Shown here: one piece after another, positions 38,201 to 50,321 of the stretch
How positions within the stretch are numbered: the stretch's first letter is position 1
Layout of the letters: each line of letters opens with the position of its first letter
Assembly (NCBI GenBank): GCA_043228905.1
Contig: JBHGNT010000008.1
Coordinates: 2,790,001-2,854,000, forward strand
Source: Azolla caroliniana
Lineage: Eukaryota > Plantae > Polypodiophyta
Length of the DNA: 64,000 bases
Direction of reading: 5' to 3'
Translations under genes and position numbers: made by a program
Notes under the pieces: model-generated
Told to the model about the DNA's origin: nothing
Seen by the model: the letters and a program-made list of their open reading frames with translations, nothing else
Databases searched by the model: none

Positions 38201-40560
38201 TTATATCCCCTTCCTAAAGATTGTTTGTCAATTTTACTAGAAAAATATAACTTCTTCTATAGTTTGAGAATGTTGGCAATGGACATCATGCAAATAACGT
38301 CATCCACCTTATAACATGCTCTCATATATAAAACCTATTTGTGTGTTGTGAGGACATGGCCAGTCTTAACGGGGTTTAAGGGATCAAAGTATAATGGTGT
38401 GAGCCTATAAGCTGACATGTGACTTTGGGAGTAAAAAGTTGGATGAAGCCTACAAATTTACTTTGTTGACCATTCATTTGTATTCAAAATTCTAGCAAAT
38501 GAAGCAATATCGACATTCTATTTTGATTTTGCATTGCATAGCAAGAAATTTATGACCTTCATAAGCTACATTTTTTTAAGTGTTGCTTCATTTCTAGTTT
38601 AATGGGAAATCAAAGCTTTTGGATCTTCCTAAGCCCTACATTCATTCCAAATATCTCAAAGGAAAAAAATTGATGATTAATGTCATCATTTAGAACTAAA
38701 ACTACTTTGTTATAACCTTACTAAGGAAGTTGGATTCATGCTTGTGTGGTTTGGTTTAGTTATTTACGGTTGTCCTTACATAAAGTTATTATATAATGGT
38801 TTAAATCTTGACCTTTATGGAGTCTATTCGACATTTCATTTGCCCATCGACTATTTATTTTATGTCAAAAAATAATGATTGGTCTATTGCTCGTGTTTTG
38901 AGCCTTGTTTCATGATGAACAAATGTGTAATGCCTACTTATTCAAGACAATGTTCACCAATTTTCTATATTATCGATTTGTTGAAACGTTGCAAGTTGGG
39001 ATTTGTTGTAACAATGTTTGCGTTTTTCCAAGGTTTAGTGTTGCACATTTGTTTGCATTCTTTTTATGTCATGGCAAATCTGATTTTAAACATATATTAA
39101 TATATTGTTCTGGCAATCATGTTTATGTTCTGGCAAGACATATTGATTAAGGTATCTTGGCTCATGACCCCATATCATTTAACGAATGAATCAATGTTGC
39201 CTATGATTAAATTATTCCTTATGTGAACATTTTTTAGGAAGTAACCTCGTGAGTTTGAACCAATATAAAGCTCCACTAGGCTTGATTACAAAACTTCATG
39301 TTTTTGTAATATAGGATCACAACATATTCGTGTTCCAACATGCATAAAAAGTTTCTATACTGTGACATAAAAAGTAATAAGATCATTCATTGTCTTGTGT
39401 CGTAAACAAGTAAATATATCCATCATGTTTTAATAACAAAATTCCATCAAAACACACAAATGTCAAAATGCAAAGAGGTTGATATAACTATTTGGGCGAC
39501 TGTACACACGTACACAAAAAATGTCCCATCCATTTTCATCTCCGTCTCTGATGCTTTATAACGTTTGTAACAAATTGCCTTCTAGGATCATTTTGAGAGT
39601 GATTGAGAATGGAAATGAAAGGTCGTGTGCATTGATTCACCAAGATACATTTTTAATAATTCCGTAACTATCACATCCACAACTTTTTTACTTGTGATAT
39701 TAGATGCGCAACTTCGTTTAAACATATGAAATTATGTGGGTAATGATTAAATGTTTGTCACAAAACAAAAATGATCCATATATAAAACTGGAATTTCCAT
39801 CACGTGTGCTTTTCAAATACAATACATTATTTGAAAGCATAATAGAAAACATTAAATGAACTATACGATGAGTATTAAAGTCATACATCGGCACTATACA
39901 TCCCTGTGTTTGTCACTTACTTGACATATTTTTCCGTTACTTAAAAAAGCAAAACATTGCTCTTCAACACTTTGAACTACGTATTATTATATCTCCACAA
40001 GCATGCATGTAATGAGCATAATTCGAAACAAAACAACCTTCTTTAATGGTTCTTTCAAAAGTTCACATCATATGACCTACCTTTTAGATTCATTGTTGAT
40101 TAATGATTCGTAATGATGTCACTTTCTTGTAATAGATAGAGAGAGATACATACCTTTTTTATGCCACAAGAGATCAATTGTGATCTAAGGGATGGTGCCT
40201 AGCCCACAACCACGATGGAACTTGGGTTCGGAGAAGAAAAGTCTACTTAAAGATATAGCTCTTGAACATTCACCCTTTGTATTCAAGTTTGAAGGTTCCA
40301 TGAATGCTTGAAAACGCATGTTTTGTACATATTCTTCTATTTGTATAACTACAAACAAATGTTTGGTTTGAGTTGTTGATTTTTGAGGGGTGCCAGTTTG
40401 CATCCAAAATACATACCTAAAGTGCACCACACGTTTAGAGATGAAGGATATTGGGAGACATCATGATTCATGACATGGATATTCAAAAGAAGAAACAAAA
40501 TCCCATATTTCATCAAGGAACAAAAACCTAGAGGGCTTTGGCCTTTCAACTTACTCAAAA
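35280..40560. mobile_element. Probable heavily decayed transposon sequence, family unassigned
   Basis: Stop-riddled, TG/CA-rich sequence with no splice architecture and only faint coding-like fragments. Confidence 0.3.
37695..38258. repeat. Tandem duplication, period 301 bp
   Basis: ATGGGGACAATATGCATT...TAACTTCT occurs at 37695 and 37996, nearly identical over about 260 bp. Confidence 0.95.
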
Positions 40561-42608
40561 ATAGAAATATTGATAAAATGTAAGGAATTCAGTAAGAGAA
40601 TATGAATAATAGCTAAAGGTGTTCACCTAGGCGATAAGCATAGGTAGGCACATGCGAAGTTCATGATCCTTTACACAATTTTTAAGACGGTATAAAATAA
40701 ATTATTATGCAACAACAAGCACTTACGAATGGCTAAAAGTGATGGTAAACATGCACTGTAAAGTTGTAGATATATCCTACCAATCATCCTAAAAGTCCAA
40801 ACCATAAGAAACATGGCCTTTCACATTAATCTTATAAGGCAAACGTGTGTCATAATTGTGTGGAGGTTTGGATGATCATATCACAAGAGTGTATTTTGCT
40901 TGGTTAATGTGAATAGGAATATAGTATAGGCAAACACTCAACCTTTTAGTGAGACTTAACAACTACTTAAAAGGTTCATTGGAATTATGTGTACACATAT
41001 ATCTAATTCACAACCATTAATTACACCCTTCACAAAATTTACAATGTTCTTTTCAATATTAAAGGGCAAGCAAAACTAAATTGCTCAAATCTAGATTTTG
41101 TTGGAGAGGTGGAATTTGGGGATAATAACTTCTTTTACTATGCTTCTCCAAAAACACGAGAATATATTTGTTGTTAGTGGATTTAGTTTACTTTTATTTT
41201 TATAGTCATAGCCTGTCAACTGTCCAATTTCAAGAGATTCCCTTGCTTCACACATTATTTCACATGTCACAACAAAGTACTAAATCACGTTCTTCTCAAA
41301 ATTGGCAAATGAACCATACATGCATACAACAACAATCTTGTTTACAACGTACACTCGTTGCTTCCATACAACATAACTCACATTCACTTTGATTTCATTG
41401 GGTCTCGAACAAGGAGACTCGTCAACTATGCACTACAAGCAATATGACACTTTATTGCAATGCTCAACCTTTAATCTCGTTCAAGTTTGATTTCGATACA
41501 TTAGTGAATCCCCATCATGGAATTCAAATTTGTATTGCCAATCCCAACCTATCCCTAAGCACATTTCTCTCTCATTTGCAATGTGCAATGTCAACTACAA
41601 CATTTGTTGTAAACAAATTGGACATCAACATCACTTATTAGGTCCACACACTTGATGACAACATTCAGGTTCGGTGCCATAGGTCATATTCCTAGTATGA
41701 TAATAAACTAACTTGTTTGTAAACATACACATGTCCCTCTTTCTATTGCCTCAACAAAGAGATCAATGACAAGGAACATCCTATATTGCAACTATGAAGT
41801 TGTCATGAGCATTTCACACTACTTCCCATCATAATGATCACATGTACAAATCTCGTACAAATTCTCTTGCTTAGTACACACTATCCACCTTAGGTACATA
41901 AGCATAGGAGTGGCATTAAGAAAAGAACATCAACCATAGGTGGCCATAGACTCCATTCTACCATTGAAGGCTCTATTAGAAGACTATTTTGGGTCCCACA
42001 TTGGTTGTTTCATATGTTATATTTCTATATAGATTTAATATGGAATCTTCATTACAAGTACAAGAAGAAGCCATTGATTGAAATAATTATCCACATAATT
42101 TTTATCTAGACAACAAAACCTTTCAATCCATGATTACATGAAATTTCATAGCACGAGCTCTTGCACACATCAAATACTACATGAAATATATTAATTTCTC
42201 ATATAAGCTTGTGAAAAATGGAACAATTGTCACCCAACTTGACAATGTATGTTGTGTGAGTGAACCATATAAGATATGCGGATATTGGGTGGTGAGTGCT
42301 AAAGATCGATGGCCAAACATGGAACACAATTCAAATGAGTGAATTCCAGCACAAAAATATTCCTACAGCTATATATGTATATCTTTCATCTATAATCTAA
42401 TTCTTTTCGCCTTTCCTAGTCCTATGATTTGCATCCATGGCTGTAAAGTGATATTAATATCAAGCCCATTAGGGCTTATTGGGTTTGTTTTTCTTTGCAC
42501 ATTGCATAATGCTCGAGCTTTCATCAAATTGCTTCAACTCACACCGTTGAACATCTTGCTCCTTGACTCTTTGTTGCATAAAATACAATTTTCTTGATGT
42601 TTTCTTCA

Positions 42609-45600
42609 TCATGTGCCTTCGACTCGATTGACATGTTCTTCAAGTATCACACCTGAAGGAGACAACAATATCTTCCCCTCCGATACCTCAGGCAAAATGC
42701 CAAATGTGGCAAGGGAATCCATTAGCAATTTTTGTATCTCACAATACTTTCGATATATAAGATCACCCTGCAGAGCACCACATTATGCATCCAATTCACA
42801 CACCAATATATGTACATAGAGAGAGAAATGAATAAAACCCTGCTACACAAAACATGCCATGTTTCTTTCTATATACCTCGGCTTCAGCCTTGACAAGATT
42901 CTTCTTCAAAATCACCAGCAAATCAACCAAATATCGCATTGTTTCATTATCGGAATGAGATGCCTCTCTGTACATAAACATAAGGATACGAACTACCATA
43001 AGGAACTATTATGACAACCATGACAACAAAAGACATAAGGAGCTACTATGATTCACCATGACAACACTAACAATACATAGTCTCATAGGGAAGTTCTACT
43101 ACTCCCCATGACAACATTACATATTCTTATAAAGAACAAGTATGACTGACCATAACAACATTAACAATACATATTCTCATTAAGGAACTACTATCGACCA
43201 ACCAGACAACACTAATAATGAAGGAGAGAACCAAGGTGTGGCACTTACTCTATCTTGGCTCTTGCCTCTGCATCAAGATCACCAAAATTCTCTTTCTCCT
43301 CGGAGGTCAAGGTCTGTAGCCTGTTGACCTGAAAACACATCATTCACCCCCAAAACATCATGAAAGGATACAGAATACACACACATTCACTGCACACAAA
43401 AATAGTGTCTTTCAAATGCTTACTTTGCTTGTTGAAGTTCTCAGTTTGCTTCTGTCTAATGCACTTTTACCAGTTCTCTGCCTAACTACATTCCTAAATT
43501 CCCCTTGGGGTTTGGAAGCGTCAAAATGGATTCTCTTTGTGCCTCTATAGTCTTTATGGTGTATGGAAACTGGACTTTGAACAGCATCAATAGAACCTGC
43601 CTGCACCATAAAAGCATGGTTAAGAGATCCAGTGGGCAGAAGGAGCATCAATCCCCATAACCCTTGCATACAACCATGTACATGATTTGATAAATGCATC
43701 ATTTCCAACTCCTGGTCTTGCTATAGGACTGTAAACAAAGGACTAAACGTAAATATATCCTATTCATGTTGTAAGACTACCCTATTCGATGTTCTAAATA
43801 GAAGATCTATGCAAGTCTCGATATCAACTTATTACTGAAATAAAAAAAGTGTATATCCTACAGAATCCAGTAGTCCAAACACGGTCTTGAATAACATGCA
43901 CATTATATTTAGGGTGTGGATATTACACATAAATGTATCCTTCCCGACTTGGATCTTGCTGTACGAGGCAGAGAAATCCAGTAATAAAAGAGAATGTAAC
44001 AGAAGAATAACCTCTCAAATGTTCAGTTTAGTGACTTCCATAGGAACAGAGAGCTATGAACATCTCAGTATCCACTTCCTCGTTGAAATCATAAAACTTA
44101 TTCTACAGCCTTCATTCATGTTAAAATGATCATGCATATTTTATTTACATCATATCTAGGGTGCAAATATATTAATTGTTTCTTTATCCAGGTTTTAGTT
44201 TCCAACAGAATAATGTACAAGAAAAGTTAAGCTTCATACTTGCTTTCTGATAACTGCCAGATTCAGTTTTTTAGGTGAATCAGGAAAACTACAAAACTGA
44301 TCAACTTCTACAGCGGGGTGCTCTTTCTTTTCTCGACTTCTATGAATTAAGGAGCTACAAAAAAGAACAATGACAACATCATTTTCAGTGATAGTGGGAG
44401 AGCATATCAACACACTGTACAAGGACTATGGCCTACGTACCCAGTCTTAGTGTTTTCCAAGGATGTGGCAACTCCCCATCGTGCTTTCACCTCCGATGAG
44501 GCAAGAATCTATGCAAAAGGAGAAATCTTAGCACATCAAACCTAGGCACCGAAAAAAAGAACTAAGAAAAGAATCCAATGGAGAAACATTCCACAATAAT
44601 ATACTAAAGAGATCCAAGACACAAGAGTCAAAATTTCCAGCAGAAAAAAGGAACCTGAGAATGAAGACAACACAAGAATTAGACACCAAATAGAATAGTT
44701 ACTTGAAGTTTATCCTTAGATGAAGATTTGAGAAGAGCGACAATGAAGTTGGTCCCTGCTCTCTCCTTCTGCTCTGCCTTTGCAGCTCGAAGCTCTGCCT
44801 CTGCAGCCCAAACCTCTGCTTGCACAGCCCTCTTCTCTGCTTCATCTCTTCTCTCCTCAGCATCTTCAGCAGCCTCTGCAAATACCTCTCGGTCTGTCCG
44901 AAACAGTTCACATTCTTTCAGTAGCTTCTCATAGGCACTGCTGAGTGCAGTGTAGTCTTCAATTTTCTTCTTCAGGGCTGATGCATTCAATGATGCTTCT
45001 GTCTGCAAAAGCAATAGCCAAAATAAGCTTTATTCTACAAATTAATCTATTATCTGACTGCAAATTTTAAGCACAATCTATAGTAGACCACAAATCAAAT
45101 CTATTATCAGACCACAGATTTCATGACCAAGATATGGTAAATCTCCTATTCATAATGACCTCACATGGCCACAGATAACAAACCAATCAAAAGTAATCTG
45201 GATACATGTCAAAAGTGACATTATCATATTCTCTGATATGCAAGCTACCATGCATAAATGATGTTATCTTACCACAAATTTGAAGACCAGTCTATCATAA
45301 AGCTGATATTTATGTCACAATGTTTGCAACCAGAAACGATGTTCTGTCACCACAATTCAAAGACCAACCTATTGCAAGGTCTGAAAAAAATGCCACAAAT
45401 GATGTTATATGACCATAAAGTTCAAGAACCAGCTACAGCAAGTATGATATCTATGATGTTATATGACCATAAACTTCATGCAACAGATGATATGATGTTT
45501 ATGTGACCACAGTTGTCGAGACTAAGCTATAGCAAAGTGTGTCATTAATGCCACATGTGGCATTATCTGACAGAAAATTTTAACACAAAGTTATAGTAAG

Positions 45601-46995
45601 ATTGATATTCATGAAATTCTGACATGCATGCAAAAAATGGTGTTTTCGAACCACAAATATATCACAAAGACCTAATAATACTGATATTCAACTAAGCATT
45701 AGATGCATGCCAGCAAAGATATGTGTGCCCTAGAAACCCATGGGCCATGCCATTTGTTGAAAGACCAAGAATTTCCAGGCTAACTTTTTAATCTTGGTGG
45801 TATTCATTCCAAAAATGATGTTATACTTTTCCATTCAAAGTCCGACATTTATACTACAATTGGCCATAACCTTCAAGACCAATCCACAAATGATGTTATA
45901 TGACAGCAACTCATTCACAAGTGATTCTTAAACGGGCTTATCTGGCCACAATCCAGGCCACCAGTGATGCTATCTGATTAGAAATGATGCTAACAAACAA
46001 CAAATTTCAATAAGCACCATTAATAAGCCTGATATTCAGCTCACAAACACTTTCACCATATCACAGATTTCAAGATTTAGCCACGTGAAGCCTGTTGTTA
46101 TTCATGCCAGAAATCATAGAACATAATATTTGCATTCTTCTGCTCAAGCATTCGTTTCATACGTTTGCAAATGAGTGCGTACGTTATGAAAACATACTTA
46201 TGTTTTTTTTGACGTTTTTTATTTTTTTTCCTAACTTTTTTACCTTACAAAAAGTTTTAATTTATGATAAATAACGAATACAAAATTATGGTATTTACCA
46301 TACTTCAATGGTGTTTACCATACTTGAATGCGAATGCACGTATGGTTCATACTATGCCAGAAATGATATTATCTGAATACAAATTTCTAGATTAAGCTGA
46401 ATATTCATGCCAGAAATTATGTTCTTTGACAAAAAATCATGTCACAAGATATGGTGTCTAGCTGCCAAATTCAGCCTTAAGTGACATGAAATCTTATATT
46501 CATGGCATGAATGATGTTATCTGCTAGTGAATAATGGTATCCAACCACAAATTCCAAATAGTAAAAGCTGAAAGACTATATGCATTCACCAATTTTCCAT
46601 CTTCTTGCTAAATGGAGCATTTCCTAGACACCAAATTATTGAAACTGGAAAGTTGCAACAAAAAACATCAAAGTGGAAATAGAGCTTAAAGCTATACAAA
46701 AAAGACAACAGTAGATGGAGAGTGAGAGTGAGAGTGAGAGACAGATATTGAGACCGACCTTAGCTGCATCCATTCTGCATCCGAGCAATTGATGCTGGGT
46801 CTGCAAATCTCTGAGCTGTGTTTGAAGGAAGCGACAGGAATTTTGAGAAAGCGAGAGATGATAACGAAGCTGATCTTCAACAGAAGGCTGGCCGATCATC
46901 GAGAAAACCATGGCACCTATAGAGTCATCGATATGCAAAGGAAGTGCAGGAGGGTGTTGATGGAGGTGGTGTTGGTGGCGGTCTTCAGGATCCAT
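42609..46995 (-). CDS. Plant coiled-coil protein of unknown function (recalled as resembling the Arabidopsis At4g09060/At1g14680 family), about 8 exons
   Basis: GT-AG exons at about 46995-46759, 45003-44703, 44509-44441, 44355-44240, 43601-43424, 43329-43248, 42968-42877 and 42769-42609. The motif EASLNASALKKKIE...KECELFRTDRE..EAAEDAEER matches that family from memory. TGA at 42609-42611. Confidence 0.72.
42997..43220. repeat. Intronic degenerate minisatellite, about 40-50 bp unit
   Basis: About 5 copies of ATAAGGAACTACTATGAC..CCATGACAACA.TAACAATAC. Confidence 0.75.
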
Positions 46996-47669
46996 AGAAA
47001 TTCCTCTCAATTGTATACAGAATGACAAAATTCTGGAAGAGAGAGAGGGGGGGGGGGATATATGGAAAGCCTGAAAAGGGAACTGTCACAGAGGGATAGA
47101 TTGATGGATCTGAAGCTTTTCTTCTGTGTTTTCTCTTTTCCTTTACCTTTTCTTGTTTTTCCTAGATTGCTTGTAACTCTGAAGCTTCCTTCGGTGCTTC
47201 TGATGGCTATGGGCTGCTGCTCGCTCTGTGTCTGTTCCTGCAGAAAAATGAAGAAGATACAAAAAATGAACCGTTAAAGCTTTTGAATCTCTCTGTCCCT
47301 CTCTGTCTGTCTGTAGTATCAGTATGTAATGCATTTCATATTTCTAGTTATTTATATTCTTGGCCCTTGGCCCCCTCCACTAATGAAGAATGACTTCATT
47401 ATCAAATTTATATGTACATACATACATATAGACATATTGATATAAGAATGACTTATATGTACATACATATCCAAGTGGCTTTATGAGAATAAATGATATG
47501 TACATATATAATATATACATATACATTGACCGATTAGGGTCGATGCCTAATTAACCTGACCCTGATCACTGTGCTCTTGTATGTGTGCTAAACACTCTTT
47601 CATGATAAGAAGTTGTGTGTTCTTTTCTCTTATGCTTCTTTATGCGTATTGTTATGTGACATTTTCTAT

Positions 47670-47750
47670 TGAGAGAGAGAGAGAGAGAGAGAGAATGTTA
47701 TATTAATTGTCTTCTAAGACCAAATTTGGCCATGAGAGAGACAGAGAGAG
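47670..47750 (-). mobile_element. About 45-bp 3'-terminal remnant of the RTEX-like LINE inside (GA)n
   Basis: Reverse complement TCTCATGGGCCAAATTTGGTCTTAGAAGACAATTAATATA matches the LINE 3' end TCTCATGGGCCAATTTTGGCCTTAGAAGACGTTAATATA (about 20929-20967). Confidence 0.8.
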
Positions 47751-49112
47751 CAAGCAAGAGAGAGTGGGTGTGAGTAATAATCATTAGGGCTAGTTACGCT
47801 AGTAGCTCAAAGAGTGTCTGATAACCACTCTTGCCTAGTCCGCTACCAGTAGGATATACGTTGGTCCGGATCCTTGGCCCAACGATATCAACGGGAGTTA
47901 TAGCTCCATCGATTCATAAGACTTGTTCCAATGTTGTGCGCACGGAAACTGCATACAACTAAATTTATCATCGTCATCGTCATCGTCAATTTATTTATCA
48001 TCGTGAAAATAAAAACCCTCAATCATACGAAAACTATTATCATCCACTTTCACTTGCACAAATAACTTCTTTGTTATCCCAAAACATGCACATTAAACCC
48101 TCGACATTCTTAATATCCTCACCAATACTCTTACTTCGATTAATTAACAAAACCATATCACCCTTATTAACCTTGATGTCGTCCCCCCTACCATATTAAA
48201 ACCGTCGAGATTAGCCTTGTCGTGATCTAAAATATCATTATCATCGTATACCACATCACCATCATCCATATCCCTTATCATATTCTCGTAATTATGCCCA
48301 TAGACCAGATCATATATCAAATCGTCCTACTCAGCCTTAGCCTTGTCATAATACACCCATATCACAATCATCTTCATTCTAAACCACATCATGAATTACT
48401 TTGTTATTGTTATATTTGGCTTCCATGACCATATCATCCATCACATGGTAGATCTTATATCATTATTTTTATGATATTAAATATCATCCTTAATATTATA
48501 GGCGTCAATGTCATCATCAATCCCACCTTCCACTTCAAACACCACCCTTTTTGACAATTGCTTCCCACATCTCTAGATCTTTGAAATGCACGCAACAAGA
48601 TCATCGCCTTCTTTATCTAATACTACTCCATAAAAGCTGCTTAAAAACATCAATCGAGTTGCATGGTGCTTGAACTATTGTGCCAAATGTTTGATCCATC
48701 CAACCTCAACCATCCCTTCCGTGTCATGGATCAACTTGAGGAAATATATTATTTTCAAATCCCTAAATGTCATTGTCTCTAACATTGCTTCTTGAAATTT
48801 CATCTCCTACCCTATGTTCAGATTGGGTTAGCAAATGTTGCGTAAAAGCGCATTGGATATACGTGCATGTGTGTCGGTGGAACTACTTGGGTTTTAAATG
48901 CGAAGATGGATCAACATAGGTATGTTGAAGATGAAAAATGTGCTTGGAACAAAAAGAAATGAAACTCCATGGTGGACTTAAGTTAGAAAACATATTCAAT
49001 ATAACCTTAAAAAGATAGGTAAAAAGTAGATAGAATCAAACCCTTCGTATATTATTCAAATTGAAGTTTCGAAGTTAGTATAACAATAGAAAGAGTTGTT
49101 GTTTATTGTCCC

Positions 49113-49833
49113 TGTAAAGAATCGGATATGATTCTTGTGAAGTGGAAGAGATATGAGTTATGTGTGTGTATGAGAGAGAGAGTGAGTGAGTGAGAGAGAC
49201 AAGGAATAAGACACAGAGAATATGCAAGGTAAGAGTATATTAACAAAGGAGAAAGACTCAACACAATACAAGGTGGGAGGAGGGTGCTTTATATAGTCAC
49301 CCTCTCTCTTCATTAACTACAAGGCTCATGGAGCATGGGGAATGTGAAAGCTCATAAGTTATGTGTCATAGAATATGATTCTATGACTCATACTAAATGC
49401 TAGAATACAAAGAGGTGACTTAATGGTGACTCTTAACCGTTGGAGTGTCTATTCACTCTCAAGGTAAGTTCACACACACTAGACCAAGTTGAACTTGATT
49501 CTCAACATGCCCCCTCAAGCTCAAGTCGGGTCGGTTTCAAACGGTATTCGAAATCCACTTCGACTCGCGTTCCGGAGTTCGCTTTGACTCGCGTTCCGGA
49601 GTTCGCTTCGACTCGCGTTCCGGAGTTCGCTTCGACTCGCATTCTGGAGTCCACATCGACTCGTGTTGACTCGCTTTATGCGGAGTTGCAGAATCCGTGC
49701 TCTAGCTTGCGTTGTGCGTAGTTGCGAAGTCTGTGCTTCGGCTTGCGTCTTTCTTCACAGCTTTTGCGCGGTTGCGGAATCTACGCGTTATTGCGATTGC
49801 GTAGTGTCCTGTGTACTCCCCCTCAAGCTTGGC
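49113..49833 (-). mobile_element. 3' LTR (49113-49507), PPT and 3' UTR of an LTR retrotransposon, probably Ty1/copia
   Basis: Termini TGTTGAGAATC...GATTCTTTACA, minus-strand CTATATAAAG at about 49290, PPT CTTGAGGGGGCA abutting the LTR, and a second CTTGAGGGGGAG at about 49816-49827. Confidence 0.75.
49559..49672. repeat. 24-bp tandem repeat (TTCGACTCGCGTTCCGGAGTTCGC), about 4.5 copies
   Basis: Directly visible between the two PPT-like motifs. Confidence 0.9.
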
Positions 49834-50202
49834 TGTTACCGGCCGGCAAAGGAGTCCAGAGTGGGAAACGGAGAGTTATTTAAGTAGTAGGAATGTGGTT
49901 GTAATTAAGCTATGAGTGTGGACGGACGGACCGGAATCGGTATGCCGTTCCGGATCCGGACCGATCCCGAACAGGTGCGGATGGCACCGTTTTGTAATAC
50001 AGACCGGAAACCTATTTAAAGGCCCGGATACAATGTAATAGATAGCGGTTAATTAATAGAAGCTTAGCGTTGTTATCTTTCTCTGTTAATTGCCGTTCTG
50101 TCTTAATTATTATATTTTACGCGTGTAATTATGAAAGACGATCATGCTAAGTAACTTAATTAAGTCGGACTAAGCGTTGAGTCTAATCCGGTTGCCGTAA
50201 CA
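49834..50202 (+). repeat. 5' LTR of the outer gypsy element (369 bp)
   Basis: TGTTAC...GTAACA terminal inverted repeat and TATTTAAA at about 50013, followed by CCCTTTGGTGAAG and then gag. Confidence 0.8.
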
Positions 50203-50321
50203 CCCTTTGGTGAAGTGTCTTCCGTAGACACCCTGTGTTAGGCCATTGTCCGGCCCGAAGAGTTAACACAGTTTTTGGCGACCACGATTCCTGTTTTTGC
50301 AACGAACGATGGCACGGATGG

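Noticed and set aside
41400-41800. Faint PIF/Harbinger transposase-like traces on the minus strand
   Set aside because: Only a few residues (for example NLNV) resemble the family, which is not supportable without a profile search.
43363-43371. U12-type donor-like GTATCCTTT on the minus strand
   Set aside because: It lies inside an ordinary short GT-AG intron whose canonical sites already keep the frame.
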